Shown here: positions 55,642-64,000 of the stretch, in pieces
Layout: every line of letters starts with the position of its first letter
Position numbering within the stretch: the first letter of the stretch is position 1
Origin: Gaiellaceae bacterium
GTDB taxonomy: Bacteria > Actinomycetota > Thermoleophilia > Gaiellales > Gaiellaceae
NCBI GenBank assembly: GCA_046594445.1
Contig: JBKJSM010000075.1
Location: forward strand, 23,819 to 87,818
Length of the DNA: 64,000 nt
Direction: 5' to 3'
Notes under the pieces: model-generated
The model's input: the letters and a program-made list of their open reading frames with translations, nothing else
Database searches by the model: none
What the model was told of the DNA's origin: nothing
Made by a program: the position numbers and the translations under genes

Positions 55642-57291
55642 GTGAGCTCCTCCGGATTGTTCAGACCGCCGAAGCCCGAGAACGAGCCGGTCAAGAGCTA
55701 CGCCCCCGGCACGCCCGAGCGCGAGGAGCTCCGCGTCCGGCTCGCCCGGATGGAGCGCGAGCGGCTCTCGATCCCGATGGTGATTGGCGGCAAGGAGGTT
55801 GACACCAAGGAGAAGACCCAGGCGGTGATGCCCCATCGCAAGGAGCATGTCCTCGCCGACGTCGCCAAGGGCGGCCCCGAGCACGTGCAGCAGGCGATCG
55901 ACGCCGCCCGCGAGGCGCACGGCGATTGGTCGCGCCTGCCCTGGGAGGAGCGCGCCGCCGTCTTCCTGCGCGCCGCCGAGCTGCTCGCCGGCCCCTGGCG
56001 CTCGACGATCGTCGCCGCGACGATGCTGAACCAGTCCAAGACCGCGCATCAGGCGGAGATCGACGCTGCCGCCGAGCTGATCGACTTCTGGCGCTTCAAC
56101 GTCGAGTTCATGCTCCGGATCTACGCGGAGCAGCCGGTCTCCTCGCCGGGGGTCTGGAACCGGATGGAGTACCGCCCGCTCGAAGGCTTCGTCTTCGCGG
56201 TCAGCCCGTTCAACTTCACCGCGATCGGCGGCAACCTCAGCGGCTCCGCGGCACTGATGGGCAACACGGTCGTCTGGAAGCCCGCGTCCACGGCCGCGCT
56301 CTCCGCGCACTACACCCTCCAGCTCCTCAAGGAGGCGGGCCTGCCGGACGGCGTGATCAACCTCGTCTACGGCTCCGGCGCGTCGATCGGCGACGCCGCC
56401 CTCGCCAGCCCAGAGCTTGCCGGAATCCACTTCACTGGCTCGACGCCCGTCTTCCAGAGCATGTGGAAGACGGTCGGCGACAACATCTCGAACTACCGGA
56501 ACTACCCGCGCATCGTCGGCGAGACAGGCGGCAAGGACTTCATCCTCGCCCACCCGAGCGCGGACGTGGACGCGGTCGCGACCGCGATCGTCCGCGGCTC
56601 GTTCGAGTACCAGGGCCAGAAGTGCTCGGCCGCGTCGCGCGTCTATGCGCCGAAGAGCATGTGGCCCGCCCTGCGCGAGAAGCTCGAGCAGCAGGTCGCG
56701 GAGCTGAAGATGGGCGACGTCGCAGACTTCACGAACTTCATGGGCGCCGTGATCGACAAGAGCTCCTTTACGACGCAGAAGGAGGCGATCGACGAGGCTC
56801 GCGCCTCCGGCAAGGCCAACATCGTCGCCGGCGGCGAGTACGACGACAGCGAGGGCTACTTCGTCCGGCCGACGGTGATCCAGACCGAAGATCCCGACTA
56901 CCGGACGATGCAGGAAGAGCTCTTCGGCCCGATCGTGACGACGTACGTCTACGACGACAAGCGCTGGGCCGAGACGCTCCAACTCGTGGACGAGGGAGCG
57001 GCGTACGCACTCACCGGCGCCGTCTTCGCCGACGACCGCTACGCCCTCGAGGAGGCGCATGCGGCGCTGCGCTACGCCGCAGGCAACTTCTACGTCAACG
57101 ACAAGCCGACGGGCGCGGTCGTCGGACAGCAGCCGTTCGGCGGCGCCCGCGCGTCGGGCACGAACGACAAGGCGGGCTCACTCTGGAACCTGATCCGCTG
57201 GGTCAGCCCCCGCACGGTCAAGGAGACCTTCGTGCCGGCGACCGACTATCGCTATCCCTTCATGGGCCCCGACGGAGCGGATCGAGCCTAG
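55642..57291 (+). CDS. pruA: L-glutamate gamma-semialdehyde (1-pyrroline-5-carboxylate) dehydrogenase
   Basis: 549 aa of the aldehyde dehydrogenase family: ...FNFTAIGGNL..., ...VGETGGKDF..., ...GQKCSAASR... The N-terminus is typical of actinobacterial PruA. Confidence 0.9.
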   Translation: MSSSGLFRPPKPENEPVKSYAPGTPEREELRVRLARMERERLSIPMVIGGKEVDTKEKTQAVMPHRKEHVLADVAKGGPEHVQQAIDAAREAHGDWSRLPWEERAAVFLRAAELLAGPWRSTIVAATMLNQSKTAHQAEIDAAAELIDFWRFNVEFMLRIYAEQPVSSPGVWNRMEYRPLEGFVFAVSPFNFTAIGGNLSGSAALMGNTVVWKPASTAALSAHYTLQLLKEAGLPDGVINLVYGSGASIGDAALASPELAGIHFTGSTPVFQSMWKTVGDNISNYRNYPRIVGETGGKDFILAHPSADVDAVATAIVRGSFEYQGQKCSAASRVYAPKSMWPALREKLEQQVAELKMGDVADFTNFMGAVIDKSSFTTQKEAIDEARASGKANIVAGGEYDDSEGYFVRPTVIQTEDPDYRTMQEELFGPIVTTYVYDDKRWAETLQLVDEGAAYALTGAVFADDRYALEEAHAALRYAAGNFYVNDKPTGAVVGQQPFGGARASGTNDKAGSLWNLIRWVSPRTVKETFVPATDYRYPFMGPDGADRA

Positions 57292-57308
57292 CGCGTTAGC
57301 CTGACCGC

Positions 57309-58244
57309 ATGGGCGAGGTCTTCCATGCGGTCCGGGTCTTCTTCGAGCAGCTCGCGGCGGTCGAATTCGGGGCGCTGGGCCTCGCCGTCCTCGCGCACCT
57401 GCTGAAGACGATGTGCACGAGCCGCGCGTGGTGGAACGCGGTCGAGGCGGCGTACCCGGAGGAGCCGGTGCGCTGGCGCTCCCTCTACGCGGCGTACCTG
57501 TCGGGCGTCGGCGTCAACGCGATCGTTCCGGCGCGCGCGGGCGACGCCGTCCGCCTCTACGTGGCGCACCGCGCCGTCCCCGGCAGCACGTACACCGCGC
57601 TCGCATCGACGCTCCTCGTCCTCTCCTTCTTCGACATGGCGATGGCGGCGCTGATCTTCGCCTACGCGTTGACGCTCGGCGTTTTGCCTGGGCGGGGCGC
57701 GCTGGGCCGTCTGCCCGGCTTCGAGTTCGGTTTCTTCGCCGCGAACCCGGAGCTCTCGGCGGTCCTCCTCGTCGTGGTGGCGATCTTCGGCGTGATCGGC
57801 TTCTTCTGGCTGCGGCTGCACGTAGCGGAGTTCAAGGCCCACGTGCGCCAGGGGTTCGCAATCCTCTCCGACCGGACCGACTATCTTCGCCGCGTCGCGC
57901 TCTGGCAGGCCGGCGACTGGACGCTCCGCTTCGTCGCAATCTGGTTCTTCCTGGACGCACTCGGGATCCAGCAGACGCTCCGGAACGTCCTCCTGGTGCA
58001 GGTGACGCAAAGCCTCGCGACGCTCGTCCCGATTTCGCCCGGTGGGATCGGCACCGAGCAGGCGTTCATCGTCTACGTCTTCAAGGGAGCCGTCTCGACC
58101 TCGAAGCTGCTCTCGTTCTCCGTCGGGATGAAGCTGACCCTCATCCTCACCAACATCGTGCTCGGCTTCACGGCCCTCTTCCTCACCCTCGGCCACACCG
58201 ACTGGCGTTCGCTCGTAGGGAAGCCGCCGGCTTCGGAGAGCTAG
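57309..58244 (+). CDS. flippase-like / lysylphosphatidylglycerol-synthase TM-region family (UPF0104) membrane protein
   Basis: 311 aa, polytopic: ...YLSGVGVNAIVPARAGDAVRLY..., ...PISPGGIGTEQA. Confidence 0.75.
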   Translation: MGEVFHAVRVFFEQLAAVEFGALGLAVLAHLLKTMCTSRAWWNAVEAAYPEEPVRWRSLYAAYLSGVGVNAIVPARAGDAVRLYVAHRAVPGSTYTALASTLLVLSFFDMAMAALIFAYALTLGVLPGRGALGRLPGFEFGFFAANPELSAVLLVVVAIFGVIGFFWLRLHVAEFKAHVRQGFAILSDRTDYLRRVALWQAGDWTLRFVAIWFFLDALGIQQTLRNVLLVQVTQSLATLVPISPGGIGTEQAFIVYVFKGAVSTSKLLSFSVGMKLTLILTNIVLGFTALFLTLGHTDWRSLVGKPPASES

Positions 58245-60091
58245 CCCGCCCCGGTCTTGTGGAGCTGCGCGTAGATCGCCCGGGCGGTTTTCGCCGGCAG
58301 CCCCGGGACGCCCTCGAGCTCCTCCTGGCTCGCACCGATCACGCGCTCCGTCGAGCCGAAGTGCCGGAGCAGCGCCCGGCGGCGCGCAGGCCCGACGCCC
58401 TCGAGCGTGTCGAAGAGCGACTCGCGCGCGCGGGCCGAGCGCCGCTGGCGGTGGAAGCCGAGCGCGAAACGGTGCGCTTCATCCCTAACACGTTGGAGAA
58501 GCTGCAAGCCGGCGCTGTGCGAATCGAGCAGGATCGGCAGCGGCTCGCCCGGCAGGAACACCTCCTCGATCCGCTTCGCGAGCGAGATCACGGCGACGCG
58601 CGGGAGCTCGTACGCCTGCATCGCCGCGAGAGCGGCGGAGAGCTGGCCCTTGCCGCCGTCGATCACGACGAGGTTCGGCGCCGTCGCGAAGCCCTCGTCG
58701 TACTCGTCCTCGACCCCGGTGCGCAGGCGCGCGAACCGCCGCGAGACAACCTCGGCCATCGCGGCGAAATCGTCCTGCCCGTCGAGCCCGCGCACCCCGA
58801 ACTTCCGGTAGTGCGCCTTCTTCGGGATCCCGTCCTGGAACACGACCATGGAGCCAACGATCTCCTGTCCCTGGATGTTCGAGATGTCGAAGCACTCGAT
58901 CCGCAGCGGCAGGCTCTCCAGGTTCAGCGCCTCGCGCAGCTCCTCGAGCGCGTGCACGCGGCGGAGTTGCTTCTGCTCGGAGACGAGCGTCTCGGAGTCG
59001 AGCGCCAGGCGCGCGTTCTGTGCGGCCAGCTCCGCGAGCCGCCGCTTCTCGCCCCGAACCGGAGCCCGCACCTCGACGCGTGAGCCGCGCAGCTCGCTGA
59101 GGAACTGCTCGAGCGCCTCCAGCCCGGTCGCCTCGGTGGGCACGACGATCTGCGGCGGGATCGAAGGTGCGTTCCCGTAGTACTCCAGCACGAACGCCTC
59201 CAGGATCGCCGTCACGTTCTCGCCCTCGACGTTCTCGAGGTGGAAGCCGTGCCGGTCGACCATCTTGCCGCCGCGGAGCGGGAACACTTGCACCGCTGCG
59301 CGGTCTCCGGCGGCGGCGATCCCGATCACGTCGATCGACCCGGTCTCGCCGCGGTCGGCGCCCTGCTTCTGGGCCAGGTTCTCGATTGCGAACAGCCGGT
59401 TGCGGTAGCGAGCGGCGTCCTCGAAGCGCTCCTCCACAGCGGCCTCGCGCATCTGCCGCTGCAACTCGCGCACGATCGTCTTCGTGTCGCCGGAGAGGAA
59501 GTTGATCACGCTCTCGACGATCTCCCCGTAGGCCTCCTTCGAGATGTAGCCCACGCACGGCGCGTGGCAGCGCTCGATGTGGAAGTCAAGGCAGGGGATG
59601 CCCGAGTGCCGGCCCGGCTTCGGGCCTTCGCAGGGGCGGAACTGGAAGACACGGTTGAGCACGTCGAGGGTCTCTCGCACCTTCTTCGCGTTCGCGTACG
59701 GCCCGAAGTAGAGGACGCCGCGGCGGTGCCGCTCCCGCGTGAACATCACGCGCGGGTACTCGTCGCCGATCGTGACGCAGATGTAGGGGAACGACTTGTC
59801 GTCGCGTAGGCGGACGTTGAACGGGGGCCGGTGGCGCTTGACGAGGTTCTGCTCCAGATGGAGCGCCTCGACCTCGGTCGAGGTGACGATCACCTCCAGG
59901 TCGGCGATCCGCGGCACCATGCGCGGGATCGACGAGCGCGTGTCGCTGCTCCCCGACTGGAAGTACGAGCGCACGCGCGGCCGCAGCGACTTTGCCTTGC
60001 CGACGTACAGCACGTCGCCGCGCTCGTCGCGGAAGAGATAGACGCCCGGCTTGGCCGGCAGTCCCTTCAGCTTGTCTCGAACGTCGGCCAC
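58241..60091 (-). CDS. uvrC: excinuclease ABC subunit C
   Basis: From GTG 60091: VADVRDKLKGLPAKPGVYLFRDERGDVLYVGKAKSLRPRVRSYF (GIY-YIG). UVR domain, RNase H-like domain, and C-terminal (HhH)2. Confidence 0.95.
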   Translation of the reverse strand: MADVRDKLKGLPAKPGVYLFRDERGDVLYVGKAKSLRPRVRSYFQSGSSDTRSSIPRMVPRIADLEVIVTSTEVEALHLEQNLVKRHRPPFNVRLRDDKSFPYICVTIGDEYPRVMFTRERHRRGVLYFGPYANAKKVRETLDVLNRVFQFRPCEGPKPGRHSGIPCLDFHIERCHAPCVGYISKEAYGEIVESVINFLSGDTKTIVRELQRQMREAAVEERFEDAARYRNRLFAIENLAQKQGADRGETGSIDVIGIAAAGDRAAVQVFPLRGGKMVDRHGFHLENVEGENVTAILEAFVLEYYGNAPSIPPQIVVPTEATGLEALEQFLSELRGSRVEVRAPVRGEKRRLAELAAQNARLALDSETLVSEQKQLRRVHALEELREALNLESLPLRIECFDISNIQGQEIVGSMVVFQDGIPKKAHYRKFGVRGLDGQDDFAAMAEVVSRRFARLRTGVEDEYDEGFATAPNLVVIDGGKGQLSAALAAMQAYELPRVAVISLAKRIEEVFLPGEPLPILLDSHSAGLQLLQRVRDEAHRFALGFHRQRRSARARESLFDTLEGVGPARRRALLRHFGSTERVIGASQEELEGVPGLPAKTARAIYAQLHKTGAG

Positions 60092-60097
60092 GTGGGC

Positions 60098-60104
60098 TAG
60101 CGTA
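60098..60104. promoter_or_regulatory. bidirectional -10 heptamer TAGCGTA (uvrC / hydrolase-like paralog)
   Basis: Plus strand: TAGCGT, 7 nt, then GTG 60111. Minus strand: TACGCT, 7 nt, then GTG 60091. The spacer is 19 bp. Confidence 0.5.
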
Positions 60105-60110
60105 GCCAGC

Positions 60111-61532
60111 GTGAGACGGGGCTTCTGGGCCGCTCTGGCGGTGTTCCTGCTGGCGCCGGTCGCGCAGGCGGGCGGCCCGTCGCTGACCCTGGGCGCGGCC
60201 GAGGACGTCGTTCGCAGCGCATCGCCGACGGAGGCGAAGGCGAACATGACGCTGTTGCGCCTGGCGGGCTTTCGGGCCGTCCGGATCACGTCGAACTGGC
60301 TCCCCGGCCAGACCGAGCCGACCGCCGCCGAGGCGGGGGTCCTGCGCAACGTCTCCGCCGCCGCCGCTCTGAGCGGCGTCGAGGTCTATGTCTCCGTCTA
60401 CCACCCCGGCTCCCGGACGACGCCGCTGTCGACCGAGGCGCGGGGCGAGTTCGCCTCCTACGCCGCTGCCCTCCTGCGCGCCAATCCCTCCTTTCGGCAG
60501 CTGATCGTCGGCAACGAGCCGAACCTCAACCGCTTCTGGCTGCCTCAGTTCGCGGAAGACGGCAGCGGCGCATCGGCGCCCGCCTACTTCGCGCTCCTCG
60601 CCGAGACCTACGACGCGGTCAAGGTGGCGTCCCCCGGCGTGCGGGTCTGGGGCGGGGCGCTGGCGCCTCGCGGTGTCGACCGCCCGAACACGGGCCGCGA
60701 CACGATCTCCCCCACCCGCTTCATCCGCGAGCTCGGGGCCGCTTACAGGGCGAGCGGGCGGACCGCGCCGGTGATGGATGGCTTCGCCTTCCACCCATAC
60801 CTGGAGAACTCGAGCCGCCCGCCCGACGCGAAGCCGTTCGACGCGGATCACCTCGGCCTGGTCGACTACGGCAAGCTCGTCGCCCTGCTCGGGCAGGCGT
60901 TCGACGGCACGGCGCAGCCGGGCTCGGCCCTGCCGATCCTCTACGACGAGTTCGGCGTCGAGGCGGTCGTGCCCCCGGAGAAGGCCGGTCTCTACACCGG
61001 GGCGGAGCCCTCGACCACGCAGCCCGTGGACGAGGCGAAGCAGGCGAGCTACTACCGGCGGGCGCTCCAGCTCGTCTTCTGCCAGCCGAACGTGACCGGG
61101 ATGCTGCTCTTCCACTCGCACGACGAGACCGCGCTCGCCGCGTGGCAGTCGGGGGTCTACTACGCGGACGGCACCGCGAAGACGAGCCTGATCCCCGTTC
61201 GCAGAGCGCTCGCCGACGCTCGCGGCGGCTCGATCGCGCGCTGCCCCGGTTTGGCGCTCCCGCTCGCACCAACGCTGACCTTCGACCTGCGGACGCGCTC
61301 GATCAAGTTGCGGTGCGATCTCGACTGCGTCTATCGGGCGCGGATCGTCAAGCTCCCCGGTCTCTCGACGACGTCCGCGAAAAACGGCCTGCTCGCCGCA
61401 GAGACGCCGGCTAGCATCGCCCTCGCGCGCAACCTCCGCAAAGGCCGCTACCGGCTGACCGTCAGCGTCGTCCACCCCGTCAACCCGGCGACGCCAGTCG
61501 TTCGCGAGAGTGCGACCCTGACCGTACGATAG
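60111..61532 (+). CDS. secreted TIM-barrel glycoside-hydrolase-like protein (paralog of 25263..26798)
   Basis: From GTG 60111: VRRGFWAALAVFLLAPVAQAG... ...LIVGNEPNLNRFWLPQF... aligns by eye with ...YIVGNEANQPAFWRPQF... in the paralog. The C-terminal beta-rich modules are similar. Confidence 0.78.
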   Translation: MRRGFWAALAVFLLAPVAQAGGPSLTLGAAEDVVRSASPTEAKANMTLLRLAGFRAVRITSNWLPGQTEPTAAEAGVLRNVSAAAALSGVEVYVSVYHPGSRTTPLSTEARGEFASYAAALLRANPSFRQLIVGNEPNLNRFWLPQFAEDGSGASAPAYFALLAETYDAVKVASPGVRVWGGALAPRGVDRPNTGRDTISPTRFIRELGAAYRASGRTAPVMDGFAFHPYLENSSRPPDAKPFDADHLGLVDYGKLVALLGQAFDGTAQPGSALPILYDEFGVEAVVPPEKAGLYTGAEPSTTQPVDEAKQASYYRRALQLVFCQPNVTGMLLFHSHDETALAAWQSGVYYADGTAKTSLIPVRRALADARGGSIARCPGLALPLAPTLTFDLRTRSIKLRCDLDCVYRARIVKLPGLSTTSAKNGLLAAETPASIALARNLRKGRYRLTVSVVHPVNPATPVVRESATLTVR

Positions 61533-61536
61533 AGCC

Positions 61537-62238
61537 GTGAGCACCGTCCCTCAGGGCCAGTACGTGGCCTACAGCTTCCACAAGCTCGACCCGGCCTGGC
61601 GGCGGCTGCCCGTCGAGGAGCGGGCGGCGATGAAGGACGCGTTCGCGGAAGTCGTCGAGAGCTGGAGTGAGCGCTTCGAGCACTTACGCGCCTACTCCAC
61701 AGCGGGCGTCCGGCCGGACAGCGACTTCTTCCTCTGGAAGATCACCGAGCGCTACGGCGACCTCGGCGAGCTCGGGGCGGCGCTGAACGGCACGCCGCTC
61801 GCCGGCTGGCTCGAAACGCCCTACTCGTATCTCGCGACGACGAAGGCCTCGACGTACACGCAGGCGCGGAAACCTCGCAAGATCGTCCCCAAGGGCTCGC
61901 CCTACCTCGTCGTCTATCCGTTCGTGAAGGTGCGACCTTGGTACGCGCTCTCGCTGGAAGAGCGGCAGCGCGCGATGGACGAGCACATCCGCGTCGGTCG
62001 CGAGTTCGAGACGATTCACAACCACACGACCTACTCGTTCGGGATCGACGACCAGGAGTTCATGACGGCGTTCGAGTGCGACGAGCCGTCCGACTTCATG
62101 CACCTGATGCTGACGCTGCGCGAGAGCGAGGCTTCTGCGTACACCGAGCGCGACACGCCGATCTTCGTCGGCGAGGGGATGCCCATCCGCGCCGCGCTCG
62201 ACGTGCTGGACGGCGCCTCAGCGCAAGTCCGCGCGTAG
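61537..62238 (+). CDS. hemQ: chlorite-dismutase-family coproheme decarboxylase (HemQ/ChdC)
   Basis: 233 aa: ...YVAYSFHKLDPAWRRLP..., ...VYPFVKVRPWYALS..ER...M.EHI..G..., ...FGIDDQEFMTAFE. Confidence 0.88.
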   Translation: MSTVPQGQYVAYSFHKLDPAWRRLPVEERAAMKDAFAEVVESWSERFEHLRAYSTAGVRPDSDFFLWKITERYGDLGELGAALNGTPLAGWLETPYSYLATTKASTYTQARKPRKIVPKGSPYLVVYPFVKVRPWYALSLEERQRAMDEHIRVGREFETIHNHTTYSFGIDDQEFMTAFECDEPSDFMHLMLTLRESEASAYTERDTPIFVGEGMPIRAALDVLDGASAQVRA

Positions 62239-62795
62239 TGCGGCGGCTTTGGCCCCTACTCCTGGTCGTGCTGGCGCTCGGCGCTTGCGGCGGCGCAGAC
62301 GAGCCGGCCCCACCCTCGGCCGCGCAGGCTTCCGGCGTCAAGGAGCTCGCAAACATCCTCGACCTGCGCTCGGACTTCGAGGCGGATGCGGAGAAGACCC
62401 GCGTCATCATTCTCTTCTCGCCCACTTGAGGCACCTGCCTCGCCGGCGCCCGTTGGGTGCGGGAGAACCTCCTCGACAAGGAGCAGTCCCAGGAGCTGCG
62501 GCTGTACGTCGTCTGGCTCAACCAGCGCTCGACCGACGCCCGCGACACGATCGACGACTCGACGCTGGCCGACCCACGCGTGACGCAGTACTGGGACGGC
62601 GAGGGGATCACGGGCACGTACTTCGCAGAGTCCGATCTCGGCGGCCTCGGCTACTCCGGCTTCGTCTACGACGTCTATTACGTCTTCGGGGCCGACGCGA
62701 TCTGGGCGAAGGACCCGGCGCCGCTGGCCGGCTCGGGCGGGCCGGTAGTCCACGAGGGCGAGAAGCTCCTCGCCGCGCTCAGAGCTCAGCTGTAG
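62238..62795 (+). CDS. thioredoxin-fold lipoprotein with in-frame TGA (62427-62429) at the first position of a UxxC motif; candidate selenoprotein, alternatively a disrupted gene
   Basis: The tail of ORF 61938..62429 and ORF 62457..62795 are in the same frame, separated only by the TGA. Joined product: VRRLWPLLLVVLALGAC(lipobox)...KTRVIILFSPT-U-GTCLAGARWVRENLLDKEQSQELRLYVVWLN... GTG start overlaps the hemQ stop (TAGTG). Confidence 0.5.
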
Positions 62796-63160
62796 GTGTG
62801 CTCCTGGCGCCAGACCCGAACGGCCGCGAAGACGCAGGCACCGAGCACGAGGAAAAACGCGAGCGCGTCCGGCCCTGACGGCCGCAGGCCGATGAAGGCT
62901 CCCACGTCCACGACCGCGAGCACGATCGCCGCGTAGAACACGTTTCGGCTCCGATCCGGCCAGGCCTCGATGTCGCTCCGCCGCTCGCGCCAGATCAGGA
63001 AGACGAAGAACGCGATCGCGAGGAAGAACGCGATCCGGAGCAGGCCGCCGATCGTGGCGAGCACCGGCTCGAGTGAGAGCACCACGACGACGAGCGCGAT
63101 CAGCCCGATGATCAGGAAGCCGCGCAGGGTCGCGTTCATCTCGGTGAAGAAGCGCTTCAT
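62786..63160 (-). CDS. small polytopic membrane protein, unknown function
   Basis: From ATG 63160: MKRFFTEMNATLRGFLIIGLIALVVVVLSL... About 4 hydrophobic segments. ATGA-coupled to the upstream gene. Confidence 0.65.
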   Translation of the reverse strand: MKRFFTEMNATLRGFLIIGLIALVVVVLSLEPVLATIGGLLRIAFFLAIAFFVFLIWRERRSDIEAWPDRSRNVFYAAIVLAVVDVGAFIGLRPSGPDALAFFLVLGACVFAAVRVWRQEHTYS

Positions 63161-63510
63161 CCGGTCATGAATGCTCGCACGGCGAGCGCGGCGGCGACGA
63201 GCGACGTGCCGGCGAACCAGAGCAGTCGCTTCGGACCCTCGCGCGGCGCGTACATCCACGGCGCGAGGATCGCCCCGAGCGCGAGCGAGCCGTAGACGTA
63301 ATGGAGCTCCTCGGCGGCTTTACCGTCGTCGGCGAGGAGGAGCAGGCCGAGCGCGACCTGCGCGACCAGGAGCGTCTGCGCGAGCGCGAGCAGGTTCGCG
63401 ACGAGGCGCCCGGCTAAGCGTCGCCGCCAGTAGACGAGGCCGCCTACGAGCGCCGCCAGAGCGGGCACGCCCACCACCAGGAAGGCGAGAAAGGCGTGCG
63501 CGGATAGCAT
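63157..63510 (-). CDS. small polytopic membrane protein, unknown function
   Basis: 117 aa: MLSAHAFLAFLVVGVPALAALVGGLVYW... About 4 hydrophobic segments. Confidence 0.6.
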   Translation of the reverse strand: MLSAHAFLAFLVVGVPALAALVGGLVYWRRRLAGRLVANLLALAQTLLVAQVALGLLLLADDGKAAEELHYVYGSLALGAILAPWMYAPREGPKRLLWFAGTSLVAAALAVRAFMTG

Positions 63511-63523
63511 CGGGTCACCCTAG

Positions 63524-63997
63524 ATGAGAGGAGAGTTCGTGGTCGAAGAAGGCAAGGCCGCGCCGGACTTCGAGCTGACGAGCGACGCCGGCGAGACCGT
63601 GAAGCTATCCGATCTGCGTGGCCGGACGGTCGTCCTCTACTTCTATCCCAAGGACGACACGCCCGGCTGCACGGCCCAGGCGTGCGGGATCCGGGACGCC
63701 TGGGGCGAGTTCGAGCGCGCAGGTGCGGTGGTGCTCGGCGTCAGCCCCGACGACGAGAGCTCTCACGTGGCGTTCAAGCAGAAGTTGGACCTCCCGTTCC
63801 CGCTCCTCGCCGACACCGAGCACGAGACCGCCGACGACTACGGCGTCTGGGTCGAGAAGAAGTACGCCGGCACGACGTACATGGGCGTCGAACGCTCGAC
63901 GTTCGTGATCGACGCGGACGGCAACGTCGCGAAGGAATTGCGGAACGTGAAGCCGGACACTCACGCCGACGACGTCCTGGCGGCTCTCTCCTCCTGA
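63524..63997 (+). CDS. bcp: thiol peroxidase Bcp (peroxiredoxin Q type)
   Basis: 157 aa: ...APDFEL....G..V.LSDLRG..VVLYFYPKDDTPGCT.QAC..RD. Confidence 0.92.
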   Translation: MRGEFVVEEGKAAPDFELTSDAGETVKLSDLRGRTVVLYFYPKDDTPGCTAQACGIRDAWGEFERAGAVVLGVSPDDESSHVAFKQKLDLPFPLLADTEHETADDYGVWVEKKYAGTTYMGVERSTFVIDADGNVAKELRNVKPDTHADDVLAALSS

Positions 63998-64000
63998 CCG

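Noticed and set aside
55135-57060. Upstream 642 aa of ORF 54214..57060
   Set aside because: WhiA begins at ATG 55134. The extension is antisense to pruA and out of frame with ogt, with shadow-frame composition.

Overview
Very GC-rich bacterial chromosomal segment (judged by eye, not computed). Actinobacterial hallmarks: mIHF-gmk-rpoZ-coaBC, WhiA, HemQ/ChdC, a PyrR site overlapping the pyrR ribosome-binding site, many ATGA/GTGA-coupled junctions and leaderless-looking starts. A deep-branching actinobacterium (Thermoleophilia/Rubrobacteria-like) is my guess only. Most of the window is core housekeeping, largely on the minus strand. It holds rimP-nusA-ylxR-infB-DUF503-rbfA-nrnA, a tightly coupled MoxR-DUF58-transglutaminase-nucleotidyltransferase-TPR operon, and coaBC-rpoZ-gmk-mihF. 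It also holds the pyrimidine operon pyrR-pyrB-pyrC-carA-carB-pyrK-pyrD and a glycolytic block (M32 peptidase-gap-pgk-tpiA-gpmI, plus fba/glpX). argS, uvrC, whiA, ogt, pruA, hemQ, bcp, tRNA-Arg(CCG) and tRNA-Gly(CCC) are present too. No CRISPR array, rRNA, transposase, integrase or recognisable defence system was seen. The many long Arg/Ala/Gly/Pro-rich ORFs in the track are antisense or out-of-frame shadows of real genes. Five signals are not explained by ordinary annotation. (1) A two-copy, ~165-nt structured intercistronic element (coaBC|moxR and carA|carB). It has identical 14- and 13-nt core blocks around a covarying hairpin, and an outer helix pairs the upstream stop codon with the downstream Shine-Dalgarno. 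(2) A thioredoxin-fold lipoprotein gene has an in-frame TGA exactly at the first position of a UxxC redox motif, making it a candidate selenoprotein. (3) Two perfect LexA (CGAAC-N4-GTTCG) boxes sit on the promoter and start codon of a small TM+LysM protein, a YneA/ChiZ-like SOS division inhibitor. (4) Divergent gene pairs separated by only 18-25 bp share a bidirectional TANNNTA -10 element positioned for leaderless transcripts. (5) A cluster of two ECF sigma factors and two Ser/Thr kinases has no anti-sigma gene, one sigma with a TM plus polyacidic extension, and recurrent polyacidic tails.
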